Shown in pieces: positions 1 to 9,072 of a stretch of DNA of 18,338 bases. Positions within the stretch are counted from its first letter, which is position 1, and each line of letters starts with the position of its first letter. Location of the stretch: contig CALFBG010000331.1 in the NCBI GenBank assembly GCA_937951685.1, positions 1 to 18,338 on the forward strand, written 5' to 3'. Made by a program: the position numbers and the translations under genes. The notes beneath the pieces are model-generated. The model saw only the letters and a list, made by a program, of their open reading frames with translations, searched no databases and had not been told where the DNA came from. This stretch comes from an uncultured Saprospiraceae bacterium (lineage in GTDB: Bacteria; Bacteroidota; Bacteroidia; Chitinophagales; Saprospiraceae).

Positions 1-4
1 AAAA

Positions 5-42
5 AAACGAAGTTGTCTGCATGGAGACAACTTCGTTTCTAA
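5..42 (-). terminator. Rho-independent terminator downstream of the flotillin gene
   Basis: Perfect 14-bp inverted repeat aaacgaagttgtct / agacaacttcgttt with a 6-nt loop. On the minus strand it is followed by a T7 run (plus-strand A-run at 1-7). It sits immediately 3' of the minus-strand CDS ending at 87. Confidence 0.8.
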
Positions 43-86
43 TATCAAATTCTTTCAAAAATGCGGTAAGCATCAGACAAAGTATT

Positions 87-1523
87 TTAAGCCTTAGCAT
101 CTTCTGCGGTCGTATCTTCTACGTCAATAACCGCTTCTCCTTCTACTTCAGCTTTGTTTCCTAAGTACTGTGGCAAATCCATTCCTGCCATGTTAAACAA
201 ATCATTCATGGGTGGAACCGCTTTATAAAGGCCCGAGATAAACTTAGAAGTTGAGTTGCCTTCGCCATCTTTTTGATTACCACCTTCCCAGACGGTAACT
301 TTATCGATTTTGATATTCTTGATCGCTTCCACTTGAGTTTTCACCAAATCTTCTAATTTGTCAGCAATCATCATCAAAACAGCATCTCGTGTATTGCCAC
401 CCGCCGCGTCAACGATTTTACCAAAACCTGCTGCTTGCTTGCTCAATACTTCTAAAAGACCACGGGCTTCTGCTTCCTGCTTCAGATAAATAGCATCCGC
501 TTCCCCTTTTGCGATCCGGCGATTCTGTTCTGCTGCCGCTTCTGCGTTAATTTCTATTTTCCGCTTTTCGATTTCTGCGTTGACAATAATATCCGCTTCC
601 TTTGTTGCTAATTCTAATTTCGCTCTTGCCTCTTCCGCTTGTTGCTCCGCTAAATATGCTTCTTCCAAAGTTTTGGCAGACTGCGTTTTTTCAGCGGCGG
701 TAGCCAAACGTAAAGCCTCCGCTTCCTTCACTTGTCGTTCTGCGTTAGATTTTGCGATTCTAATTAACGATAAGTTTTCCCCATCCGTTGCATTCGCCTG
801 CGCTTTTGCCTCTCCTACTTTCGCTAAGGCGTCCGCTTCCGAGACTTCAATTCGTTGATCTTTTTTGGCAATTGCTTCTCCAATCGAACCATCTCTATTC
901 TTTTCGGCCACACTCATTTTAGCATCGTTAATGGCTTTAGCCGCAGCTTCTTTACCCAATGCCTCGATGTATCCTGATTCATCTTGAATATCAGTGACGT
1001 TTACGTTGATTAATAGTAGACCAATTTTTTTCAATTCGGCACCTACGTTGGTAGAAACGTTCGACAAGAATTTATCTCGATCGGAATTGATTTCTTCAAT
1101 ATCCATTGTTGCGACCACCAATCTCAATTGTCCAAAAATAATATCCTTAGAGATATCTCGAATCTGATCAGAAGTTTTTCCTAGCAAACGTTCCGCTGCA
1201 TTCTGCATGACCCCTTCTTGGTTAGAAACACCAACCGTAAATCGAGAAGGAACGTTTACCCGAATATTTTGCTTACTCAAAGCACCCCGTAAATCGACAT
1301 CAATCGAAATCGGCGTTAAGTCTAAGTATTCATAATCTTGAATAACGGGCCAGACGAAAGAAGCACCACCCGCTAAACATTTAGCTGATGTTCCTCCCGT
1401 ACGACCATAAATCACGAGAATTCTATCGGAAGGACAACGTTTGTAACGAGAAGCAAGCCATAAGCCCATGATCACGATTAAACCAAGAAGTGCTAGAAAA
1501 ATAATTGCAAAGGGACCAGCCAT
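87..1523 (-). CDS. Flotillin-like SPFH/band-7 domain protein (YqiK/FloT family), 478 aa
   Basis: N-terminal transmembrane helix (MAGPFAIIFLALLGLIVIMGLWLA), then an SPFH domain, then a long Ala/Glu-rich coiled-coil (EA repeats) typical of bacterial flotillins. It lies directly downstream of an NfeD-like gene, which is the conserved operon partner. Confidence 0.85.
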   Translation of the reverse strand: MAGPFAIIFLALLGLIVIMGLWLASRYKRCPSDRILVIYGRTGGTSAKCLAGGASFVWPVIQDYEYLDLTPISIDVDLRGALSKQNIRVNVPSRFTVGVSNQEGVMQNAAERLLGKTSDQIRDISKDIIFGQLRLVVATMDIEEINSDRDKFLSNVSTNVGAELKKIGLLLINVNVTDIQDESGYIEALGKEAAAKAINDAKMSVAEKNRDGSIGEAIAKKDQRIEVSEADALAKVGEAKAQANATDGENLSLIRIAKSNAERQVKEAEALRLATAAEKTQSAKTLEEAYLAEQQAEEARAKLELATKEADIIVNAEIEKRKIEINAEAAAEQNRRIAKGEADAIYLKQEAEARGLLEVLSKQAAGFGKIVDAAGGNTRDAVLMMIADKLEDLVKTQVEAIKNIKIDKVTVWEGGNQKDGEGNSTSKFISGLYKAVPPMNDLFNMAGMDLPQYLGNKAEVEGEAVIDVEDTTAEDAKA

Positions 1524-1837
1524 AACTATTTAGTTTTTAGTTTTATAAAATGATTTTCCGTAAAGTGAATTTGATGAAGGCTACTGATCAAACAAGCAAT
1601 CCTTCAAGATAAACAGTAACCCAGCCTTGTTTAACCACTTATTCTTTATTTTTATTTATACCGGTTAACCAAGGTAAATATTTTTTGGGAGCTACTTTAT
1701 ATTTTTTGTTCTTTTAATCTGTTCCTCACATAGTATTCCTGAGCGTAGCAATGTACACTTCCTAGGATATACCTAATACTGTATCTTTTCGCGTTTCTAA
1801 AAATCCGTCCCGCTAAAGTGTGGGGAAGAAAGTATTC

Positions 1838-2455
1838 TTAAAAATCTCTCACCGTATAATTCTCTTCCGGTTCTACTAGGAGTAGATTATCGTTGAGGAC
1901 TTCAACGATCCGTACGGAAGATCCCGTAGGTAATACATCGCCATCGGTGACCGCATCCATTTCTTTGAATACACCTTGTATTTTCAAATGGATTTTACCG
2001 TGACCGTTTTTGTTGGCAGGAATGGTGAGATAAACTTCTCCTACCTCAAATAATGCCCGAGTGACATCAATATTACCCGGTTGGCTCAATTTGGAAAACA
2101 TATAAATCATATAGCCTACGATAAACATGGCTAACGCCCCCGCAACACTAGCGGATAAAAGTGCCATTAAAGTAGAACCACCCGCATTAAGCACCAAAAC
2201 GCCTGTCCAGCCAAAAAAGGTAAAAAAAGCAATAATACCACGGACGGATAATAAGGAGAAACTAGGGTCTAAATTGTATTCCCCATCGACATCTACGTCG
2301 GCACTTAGATCCACATCCACGTCACCATCAAAGTCAAGTCCGATTAAGCTGAGGACAAACTGAATAATAAACAAGACACTAAATACAATAGAAATTCCCC
2401 AGAATACCTGCTGTATACCACTTAGCGAACTCCACCAATCTCCTGATAATATCAT
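1838..2455 (-). CDS. NfeD-family membrane protein (YqiJ-like), 205 aa
   Basis: Multiple hydrophobic helices, an acidic DVDVDLSADVDVDG repeat, and a C-terminal soluble beta-rich (OB-fold-like) segment. It is encoded immediately upstream of the flotillin gene on the same strand, matching the classic NfeD-flotillin pairing. Confidence 0.75.
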   Translation of the reverse strand: MILSGDWWSSLSGIQQVFWGISIVFSVLFIIQFVLSLIGLDFDGDVDVDLSADVDVDGEYNLDPSFSLLSVRGIIAFFTFFGWTGVLVLNAGGSTLMALLSASVAGALAMFIVGYMIYMFSKLSQPGNIDVTRALFEVGEVYLTIPANKNGHGKIHLKIQGVFKEMDAVTDGDVLPTGSSVRIVEVLNDNLLLVEPEENYTVRDF

Positions 2456-3085
2456 GGCTCTTGAGTTTTAATATTGAATGCATTGCTTGGCCATAGCAAG
2501 GAATGCGCGATTTTGTTATAAAACGTTGTAACTGCTTGAAACTATTCAATCACTTAGGTAGGCATTGTGATTAGCAACCTAGCAAGATGATGTGGTTGCA
2601 AAAAACTTGACCTTAGCTTTAACTAAGATCGTATTCAAATTTTCAGTGTAGCGAAAATTCAAATGTGCGCTAATGGTGACGAAGACAAGTTAAGAGGAAA
2701 TTTTATTTGCTTAGCAATTGCGTCAAGTGCTGTACTAACAATTTGAGCCGCTGCTTTTTACCTTAGTTGTCTTTCAAGTAGTTATTGATCTAAATATAAA
2801 ACATCTTAATCAAAATAGCCACAAACTATCGACCAACGAACGCCTATTTTCGGCAAAGGGAAAGACAACGTCCAATTATGAGTCGATTCTCGTTAACCGA
2901 TAATTATTATACGATGTATCGTGAAATAAAGTTACTCCAAAATAGCTCGTTGCCCCTTCCGAAAAACCAGAACTTATGCTTAATATTCGTTAAAGTATTT
3001 GAGCAGCTCACGTGACCTTGGATATAGATTATCCGATTTGTCAAATAAGCTAATGCAATTCTTTTCTATTTGCTAAGCTATTCTG

Positions 3086-3093
3086 TACCTTTG
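3086..3093 (+). promoter_or_regulatory. Candidate Bacteroidetes -7 box (TACCTTTG) upstream of prs
   Basis: Matches the TAnnTTTG consensus about 105 bp upstream of the prs ATG. A TTTG sits 14 bp further upstream (3069-3072), but that spacing is not ideal. Confidence 0.3.
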
Positions 3094-3197
3094 TATAGAT
3101 TAAGTGTCGAAATTGCAGTTAAAACGACAGGTAGTGCTGCAAATTCGAGCTAATCAAACAACTTCTTAGTTTCAGGCGCATAAAATTTCTTTTCAAC

Positions 3198-4130
3198 ATG
3201 ATGGATGTCAAACTTTTTTGTGGTGCTAATTCCGAATACTTAGCGGAGAAGATCGCAGACCACTACGGCTCTTATTTAGGCGATAAGTCGTTATTACGAT
3301 TCAGTGACGGAGAAATGCAACCCGTCATTAACGAGTCGGTAAGAGGCTGTTACGTTTTCTTTATTCAGTCTACTTTCTCTCCTTCTGACAATTTAATGGA
3401 ATTGCTTTTGTTAATTGATACGGCCAAACGAGCTTCAGCGGGATACATTACTGCGGTAATGCCTTACTTCGGCTACGCACGGCAAGATCGAAAAGACAAG
3501 CCCAGGGTTCCAATTTCTGCAAAGTTGATTGCTAATTTATTGCAGGCTGCTGGTGCAGATCGGGTCATGACAATGGATTTTCACGCAGATCAAATTCAGG
3601 GATTTTTTGATATTCCAGTGGATCACTTGAAGAGTGAAGCGATTTTCATCCCTTATTTGAAAAAACAAGATTTATCGAATGTTATTTTTGCCTCGCCTGA
3701 TGTAGGTGGTGTAAAAAGAGCCAGAACTTATGCTAAATACTTTGAACGCAGTCTTGTAATCTGTGATAAGTATCGAAAACGAGCGAACGAAGTCGCCAGT
3801 ATGACCTTGATTGGAGATGTAACCGGAGCGGATGTTATCCTAGTAGATGATTTAGCGGATACCGCAGGTACACTTTGCCGAGCAGCAGATCTGTTAGTTG
3901 AGAAAGGCGCGAAGAGTGTTCGTGCCTTATGTACGCATCCTGTCCTCTCTGGAAAAGCTTATGAAAACATCGAAAAGTCCAGTTTACAAGAAATGGTCGT
4001 TTGTGATACGATTCCATTAACCAAAGAATCGTCCAAAATCCGCGTATTGCCAACGGCAAAGTTATTTGCACGAGCCATTCGGAATACGCACGAACATCGT
4101 TCAATCTCTGCCTTGTTCGTAGAAGGATAG
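3198..4130 (+). CDS. prs: Ribose-phosphate pyrophosphokinase (PRPP synthetase), 310 aa
   Basis: Full-length match to the Prs architecture, with an N-terminal PRTase-like domain and a PRPP-binding loop (VILVDDLADTAGT). It is followed by rplY as in many bacteria. Confidence 0.9.
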   Translation: MMDVKLFCGANSEYLAEKIADHYGSYLGDKSLLRFSDGEMQPVINESVRGCYVFFIQSTFSPSDNLMELLLLIDTAKRASAGYITAVMPYFGYARQDRKDKPRVPISAKLIANLLQAAGADRVMTMDFHADQIQGFFDIPVDHLKSEAIFIPYLKKQDLSNVIFASPDVGGVKRARTYAKYFERSLVICDKYRKRANEVASMTLIGDVTGADVILVDDLADTAGTLCRAADLLVEKGAKSVRALCTHPVLSGKAYENIEKSSLQEMVVCDTIPLTKESSKIRVLPTAKLFARAIRNTHEHRSISALFVEG

Positions 4131-4249
4131 ACAATTGATTTACAGGGGTACTGCAATGATTATGCGGCATTTTAAGCTTAAAATGTACTGTTTTACAAAA
4201 AAAAGTATTCAATCTCGATTTTATTTATGCTATTCTAAAATAAAATCAT

Positions 4250-4257
4250 TATCTTTG
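4250..4257 (+). promoter_or_regulatory. Candidate Bacteroidetes -7 box (TATCTTTG) upstream of rplY
   Basis: Exact TAnnTTTG match 58 bp upstream of the rplY ATG, in an AT-rich spacer. Confidence 0.4.
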
Positions 4258-4315
4258 CATCCATTTTTAACAAAAAGAAAGAAGTATTTATTCTTTATAG
4301 AAACATCTAGATATC

Positions 4316-4909
4316 ATGGAAACAGTTGCGATTAACGGAGCACTAAAGACAACACGTGGCAAGAAAGCTGCAAAAGCGATTCGACGAACAGGAGCAGTCC
4401 CTTGCGTGATTTATGGTGGTGCAAAAGAAATTCACTTTACTGCACAAGAAAAGGTTTTTAAGAACTTGATCTTTACTCCTGATTTCAAATTAGTAGAAAT
4501 CACTGTTGACAATAACACATACAAATGTATTTTGAAAGATGCACAATTTCATCCCGTAAAGGATAATATTATGCACTTAGACTTTTTAGAATTAAAAGCG
4601 AACCACCCGGTAAAATTGGAAATTCCAATTCGTTTTAAAGGGGTTTCTCCTGGTGTGAAATCAGGTGGTAAATTAATGCAAAAATTACGTCGCATTAAGA
4701 TCAAAACAACTCCTGAGCTTATTGTTGATCACGTTACTTTCGATATTTCACATTTAGAACTAGGAACTTCGGTTCGAGTAAAGGACTTGGAAGCAGTTGA
4801 AGGGATTGACATCTTAAATGCGCCCGGCATTCCTGTTGCATCAGTTGAAGTACCAAGAGCATTACGTAGTGCAGAGGCAGCGGCAGATACTGAAGTAGCA
4901 GAATCGTAA
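4316..4909 (+). CDS. rplY: 50S ribosomal protein L25 / general stress protein Ctc, 197 aa
   Basis: N-terminal L25 fold motif (KTTRGKKAAKAIRRTGAVPCVIYGG) with a C-terminal Ctc-type extension. It is in the canonical position after prs. Confidence 0.9.
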   Translation: METVAINGALKTTRGKKAAKAIRRTGAVPCVIYGGAKEIHFTAQEKVFKNLIFTPDFKLVEITVDNNTYKCILKDAQFHPVKDNIMHLDFLELKANHPVKLEIPIRFKGVSPGVKSGGKLMQKLRRIKIKTTPELIVDHVTFDISHLELGTSVRVKDLEAVEGIDILNAPGIPVASVEVPRALRSAEAAADTEVAES

Positions 4910-4958
4910 ATAACAATTCCGCACTAAGCGATTATATTTATTCTGAATAAAGAATTTT

Positions 4959-4996
4959 GAAAGAGACGTAAAGTATTTTACGTCTCTTTTTGTATT
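4959..4996 (+). terminator. Rho-independent terminator after rplY
   Basis: 13-bp perfect stem gaaagagacgtaaa / tttacgtctcttt with loop gtat, followed by ttgtattttgtg. Confidence 0.8.
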
Positions 4997-5212
4997 TTGT
5001 GCCGAACGAAGTAGCTACATCAAGCTAAATACCCTAAAGATTTAGCTGCGAAGCGTTCCTAAAATCGCCTATATCTTGATTTTGCGCATTGTTTTGCAAG
5101 TTCAAGTACCATTTTCATCAAATTGTTTTCATCCTTAGTGCTTAAGTAAGCAATAGCCTATCAGGCTAAGTTAATTTCGTATACATACTCCTTTATCGCG
5201 CAATTCAAAGTT

Positions 5213-5986
5213 ATGGATCAATTACGTATTACTACCCTGCAATGTTCCCTCCAATGGGAAAATCCAGTCGCCAATAGAATTTCCTTAGAACAAAAAATTA
5301 TAGCCCTCGCAGGAAAAACGGATCTTATCGTTTTACCCGAGATGTTTACCACCGGATTTAGCATGAATCCCGTTTCCCTTGCGGAACGCATGGATGGTCC
5401 GACGATGGCTTGGTTGGCTCAACTTAGCCAGCAAGTAGATGCTGTGATTACAGGAAGTTTGATTATTGAGGAGGAGGGACAGTATTTTAATCGAATGATT
5501 TGGATGCGTCCTGATGGGGAAAAAAGCTTTTACGACAAACGCCATTTATTTACGCTTGCCAAGGAGCATGAACATTATACCCCAGGTAAAAAGCAAGTTG
5601 TCGTTGAGTGGAAAGCATGGAAAATTGCATTACAGATTTGCTACGATTTGCGTTTCCCCGTATGGAGTCGTAACACTACAGGCTACGATTTATTGATTTA
5701 CGTTGCCAATTGGCCCGAACGCAGAAATCACGCTTGGAAATCGCTTTTAATGGCTCGTGCCATCGAAAATCAAGCTTTCGTGGTTGGTGTTAATCGAGTA
5801 GGTATTGATGGAAACGATTTACCTTATTCGGGAGATACCGCGCTGATTGATCCCATGGGAGAAGTACTTTATCAAGTTGCTCAAGTAGAGAGCATTGCCA
5901 CTCATACCATTGATCGGTCTGCCGTTACGGAGTTGCGGCGCAAACTAGCTTTTTTAAAAGATATGGATCGCTTTACGATCTCGTAG
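5213..5986 (+). CDS. Carbon-nitrogen hydrolase (nitrilase superfamily, omega-amidase/Nit-like), 257 aa
   Basis: The E-K-C catalytic triad context is present: VLPEMF (Glu), a KRHLF-region Lys, and the ICYDLRFP Cys motif. The length fits a single-domain CN hydrolase. Confidence 0.85.
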   Translation: MDQLRITTLQCSLQWENPVANRISLEQKIIALAGKTDLIVLPEMFTTGFSMNPVSLAERMDGPTMAWLAQLSQQVDAVITGSLIIEEEGQYFNRMIWMRPDGEKSFYDKRHLFTLAKEHEHYTPGKKQVVVEWKAWKIALQICYDLRFPVWSRNTTGYDLLIYVANWPERRNHAWKSLLMARAIENQAFVVGVNRVGIDGNDLPYSGDTALIDPMGEVLYQVAQVESIATHTIDRSAVTELRRKLAFLKDMDRFTIS

Positions 5987-6030
5987 AATTGTTTTGTAAA
6001 ATTGAATGCTGTTTCGAGTAAAAAAAAAGA

Positions 6031-7290
6031 TTAGTGCTGCACCAAGACTTTACAAATTTTTTGTGCTTGTGTCGCGGTGGAAATGTAAATTAAGTACATC
6101 CCCGGATGCCAAGTTTTTGTACTAAACTGCAGTGTTTTCATCGTTGATTCGTCTATCCGAATGCCCTGTCTAATTTGTTGTCCCTGCATATTTAAAACGA
6201 CGACGGATTGAATTGCGGTTGTTACTTCAATCGTTAGCTGATCATCGGCGGGTTGTGGAAAAATATGCGTACGAATTTCCTCCGGTGTAGCAATTTCTCT
6301 TGTTCCTCTCCCATTTTTAAAATAAAAATCTGGCTGATCATTGCTATTTTTTGAAGCTGCCGCCGCTTCGGTGCTCGGTGCTTGTTCGCCCAAAACACTT
6401 TGCAAATCGGAATACCGATACCAAGCATAACCAATTAGATTAATCTTTTCTTTCCAGTCTCCCGTCTGTGCAGCATGCCCATTTTGACCATACAAAAAGC
6501 TATCAAATGCCTCCTCCAAATCGTGCGTTTCCAGCCAAGGCCCCATAAAATGTGGTCTAGCCGAAAATAGCGGTAATACTTCCAATACCTTGTCTCCCAC
6601 TGGTGCCAAAGCTGCTAAGCGATACGATTTGTATTGATAAATACTATTCCCATTATTATAAAAATCAGAAGTCCGGTAATAGTGCACTAGAATGCGATCT
6701 GCGACCGCACCAATTGCCGCACAAGCCTCGGGCGTAATATTCCCGATATACGTTTCACATTTCACATTGCGCAGTAGTGCCTGACTTTTGACGAAATTAA
6801 GCTGATTGAGATAAAACTCAAATGCGGCATCAACATCCGTAGATTCCCATTCTGTTTCCAGAAAATTTTGATTCCAAAATTCAAATTCTAAATGATAAAC
6901 ATCAATTTTTCGAATATCATCTAGTGCCCACAGTTTATTATAAGTATCAATTGTCTTAAAGGAAGAGAATTGTTGGCCGACGGCGGCAATCTCAACCACA
7001 CCATAATCTTCTTTAGCTTTCCGAATAAAGTTTGCGAGGACATTGGCTGTTTTTAGCTTGGTCAGATCGTAGGAATTATCACTGATTGATCTTAAATTAT
7101 ATAGTATTAAGTAATTGAAATTATTTGCTTCTGCAAAACTCAACAACTTGTTTTCTTTCGTCGCATTCCCTAAGATTTCTCTAAAGTCATTAACGTAAAA
7201 ACCATTTAGCGATGTCGCGTGTAGGAAATTCCCTATTGATAAGCAAAGACATAAGAGGCCTGCCATCAACATTCGTCGAAAGTAAATCAT
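6031..7290 (-). CDS. Secreted protein with a T9SS C-terminal sorting domain; the N-terminal ~330-aa body is uncharacterised and possibly a TIM-barrel glycoside-hydrolase-like fold; 419 aa
   Basis: N-terminal signal peptide (MIYFRRMLMAGLLCLCLSIGNFLHA). The C-terminal ~70 aa (LTIEVTT...VVVLNMQGQQI...GMYLIYIS...KVLVQH) fits the Por_Secre_tail/T9SS CTD beta-sandwich pattern. The body has alternating beta/alpha character with conserved aromatic/acidic motifs (VYHLEFEFWN, VHYYR), suggesting a hydrolase, but I cannot assign a family without a search. Confidence 0.7.
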   Translation of the reverse strand: MIYFRRMLMAGLLCLCLSIGNFLHATSLNGFYVNDFREILGNATKENKLLSFAEANNFNYLILYNLRSISDNSYDLTKLKTANVLANFIRKAKEDYGVVEIAAVGQQFSSFKTIDTYNKLWALDDIRKIDVYHLEFEFWNQNFLETEWESTDVDAAFEFYLNQLNFVKSQALLRNVKCETYIGNITPEACAAIGAVADRILVHYYRTSDFYNNGNSIYQYKSYRLAALAPVGDKVLEVLPLFSARPHFMGPWLETHDLEEAFDSFLYGQNGHAAQTGDWKEKINLIGYAWYRYSDLQSVLGEQAPSTEAAAASKNSNDQPDFYFKNGRGTREIATPEEIRTHIFPQPADDQLTIEVTTAIQSVVVLNMQGQQIRQGIRIDESTMKTLQFSTKTWHPGMYLIYISTATQAQKICKVLVQH

Positions 7291-7583
7291 GCTATCTATA
7301 TATTTTATGGGAGTAGGTTAATGATAGATTCTCGCCTAAGAACCAATTCGTACTAGTCTTTTATTTTTTGTTTAAAAACACCAAGAATATTTAATGTTGT
7401 TAAACAACTTCATGCTGAAAACTTTAATCTTGGGTGGATTTACCTAACTGATTTATGATCCCAACATACTACTATTTGAGTTTCAAAATTGATAATAAAG
7501 TGCAATTCTGTGACAGCAGTTTAACCAATATTAGATATTACGATGGTAAAAAACTCACCTGATAGGAATTTACGAAGTACTCG

Positions 7584-8114
7584 TTATAAACATTTAAAAT
7601 AATCGAAAGGCTCTAAGCAGTCATTGCATTTATAAAGAGCTTTGCAAGCCGTAGAGCCAAATTGGCTGAGCATTTTGGTGTTGTTGGAGTTACACTGAGG
7701 ACAGGCTACTTTTTTTTCTGCGCCGAATAAGGCGTGCTCGTCGATGGAACGTCCCACCGGTGGTGCAATGCCATAAGCACGGAGTTTTTCTTTTCCCGCT
7801 TCGCTGAGCCAATCTGTGGTCCAGGCAGGACTCAGAATAGTCTTGACGGTGACTTTATTAAAACCTGCTGCTTGTAAGGTAGCCTTAATATTAATTTCGA
7901 TGACATTCATGGCAGGACATCCCGAGTAAGTCGGTGTAATCGTAACTTCTACTGCATTGTCAATTATTGTTACGGCGCGTACGACACCTAGATCTACGAC
8001 GGACAAAACAGGCACTTCGGGATCCATCACGTTCTCTAGTATTTCCCAAATTTCATTTTCGGTGACAATTGTTTGCATATCCTTATTTTGATTCTTTGAC
8101 GAAATAAGCATCAA
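7584..8114 (-). CDS. paaD: 1,2-phenylacetyl-CoA epoxidase subunit D (PaaD/PaaJ; DUF59 plus C-terminal zinc ribbon), 176 aa
   Basis: DUF59/MIP18-like core with the C-terminal CPQC...CNDC zinc-ribbon characteristic of PaaD. It is the last gene of the paaABCD run. Confidence 0.85.
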   Translation of the reverse strand: MMLISSKNQNKDMQTIVTENEIWEILENVMDPEVPVLSVVDLGVVRAVTIIDNAVEVTITPTYSGCPAMNVIEINIKATLQAAGFNKVTVKTILSPAWTTDWLSEAGKEKLRAYGIAPPVGRSIDEHALFGAEKKVACPQCNSNNTKMLSQFGSTACKALYKCNDCLEPFDYFKCL

Positions 8115-8140
8115 GACAAAATTAATTTGCCATTAAGTGG

Positions 8141-8191
8141 TACTTGAAGTTATTTAAAAACTCCAAAAATGTTTACGAATTGATCTTTTTG
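8141..8191. repeat. Copy 1 of a ~50-bp dispersed intergenic repeat (tac(t)tgaagttRtttaaaaactccaaaaatgtttacgaattgatctttttg)
   Basis: Near-identical (about 48/50) to 13298-13347. It sits in the 115-bp paaC-paaD spacer, 27 bp upstream of the paaD start. Confidence 0.8.
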
Positions 8192-8229
8192 AGTAACGAA
8201 GGCAGCTAGAACGAGGCTACAAATTGAAT

Positions 8230-8988
8230 CTACCAAGTCGCACCGGGATGCGCCCGTTGTAAATATTGCATTTCTGCTAAGATAAAACCGAGGTGCTCCG
8301 AGTGCTTTCCTTCTTTTCCACCTTTTTGCATCCAAGTCCCCGTAGGCATTTCCAAGGTTGCTGCGGCTAATATTTCAGCTAATTTGGCCTCGCATGCGGG
8401 CTTGAGTGCCTCCAAGTCCACGCCGATACCGGCTGCTAACAAAACTCGATCGGTCTCATTCATCGTTAAGAGTTCGCCGTTGTACATCCACATTTGATTG
8501 AGCGCCTTTTGCATTTTCTGATTACTTTCTTCGGTACCATCTCCCAAGCGAATCATCCATTCTGAACTGTACCGTAGATGATAACGCACTTCCTTGAGCG
8601 ACTTTTCTGCAATTGCGGCGAGTGTTTCATCGGTGCTCTGCAATAAAGCCGTATAGAAATGAAAGCTATAATTATCATAAAAGAATTGACGCACGATGGT
8701 AAAGGCAAAATCTTCGTTGGGTTGTTCTACTAATAAGACGTTGCGATAGGCTGTAATATCTCGTAAAAAAGCCAAATCATCCTCCGTACGACCTTTTCCT
8801 TCGATCTCTCCCGCGTATTGTAAGAGCGAGCGTGCTTGCCCGATTAAATCTAACGCGATGTTCGTCATGGCGATATCCTGTTCTAGGATCGGTCCACGAC
8901 CGCACCATTCCGACAAGCGATGACCGAGAATTAGGGCGTTGTCCCCTAAGCGTAAAGTATAATCAAATAAAGCCTTTTGAATATCCAT
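8230..8988 (-). CDS. paaC: 1,2-phenylacetyl-CoA epoxidase subunit C (PaaC/PaaI), 252 aa
   Basis: Ferritin-like fold typical of PaaC, positioned between paaB and paaD. Confidence 0.85.
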   Translation of the reverse strand: MDIQKALFDYTLRLGDNALILGHRLSEWCGRGPILEQDIAMTNIALDLIGQARSLLQYAGEIEGKGRTEDDLAFLRDITAYRNVLLVEQPNEDFAFTIVRQFFYDNYSFHFYTALLQSTDETLAAIAEKSLKEVRYHLRYSSEWMIRLGDGTEESNQKMQKALNQMWMYNGELLTMNETDRVLLAAGIGVDLEALKPACEAKLAEILAAATLEMPTGTWMQKGGKEGKHSEHLGFILAEMQYLQRAHPGATW

Positions 8989-9072
8989 GCTGTTCTTTTA
9001 AGCTAAAAATTAAATATCCGAATGCGCATCAACAACTTAAGCTAATCGCTAAGTCAAGTTGCGACGAACGCA

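Noticed and set aside
580-858. 92-aa plus-strand ORF, Ala/Ser-rich
   Set aside because: It lies entirely inside the flotillin coding region on the opposite strand. Its low-complexity composition mirrors the antisense of the Ala/Glu coiled-coil, so it is a frame artefact.
2127-2363. 78-aa plus-strand ORF
   Set aside because: It is antisense to the NfeD gene. Its low-complexity, proline/lysine/serine-rich sequence is typical of reverse-frame translation.
3835-4212. 125-aa and 65-aa minus-strand ORFs overlapping the prs 3' end
   Set aside because: They are antisense to the highly conserved prs, with no recognisable domain and no plausible start context.
4135-4335. 66-aa ORF in the prs-rplY spacer
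   Set aside because: It is an AT-rich, low-complexity basic peptide that overlaps the likely rplY promoter and runs into the rplY start. A spurious ORF in a promoter region is more likely.
8150-8335. 61-aa minus-strand ORF spanning the paaC-paaD spacer
   Set aside because: It overlaps the paaC 3' end in another frame and reads through the 50-bp repeat. The shared C-terminal peptide FVNIFGVFK with the ORF at 13252-13455 is just the repeat being translated.
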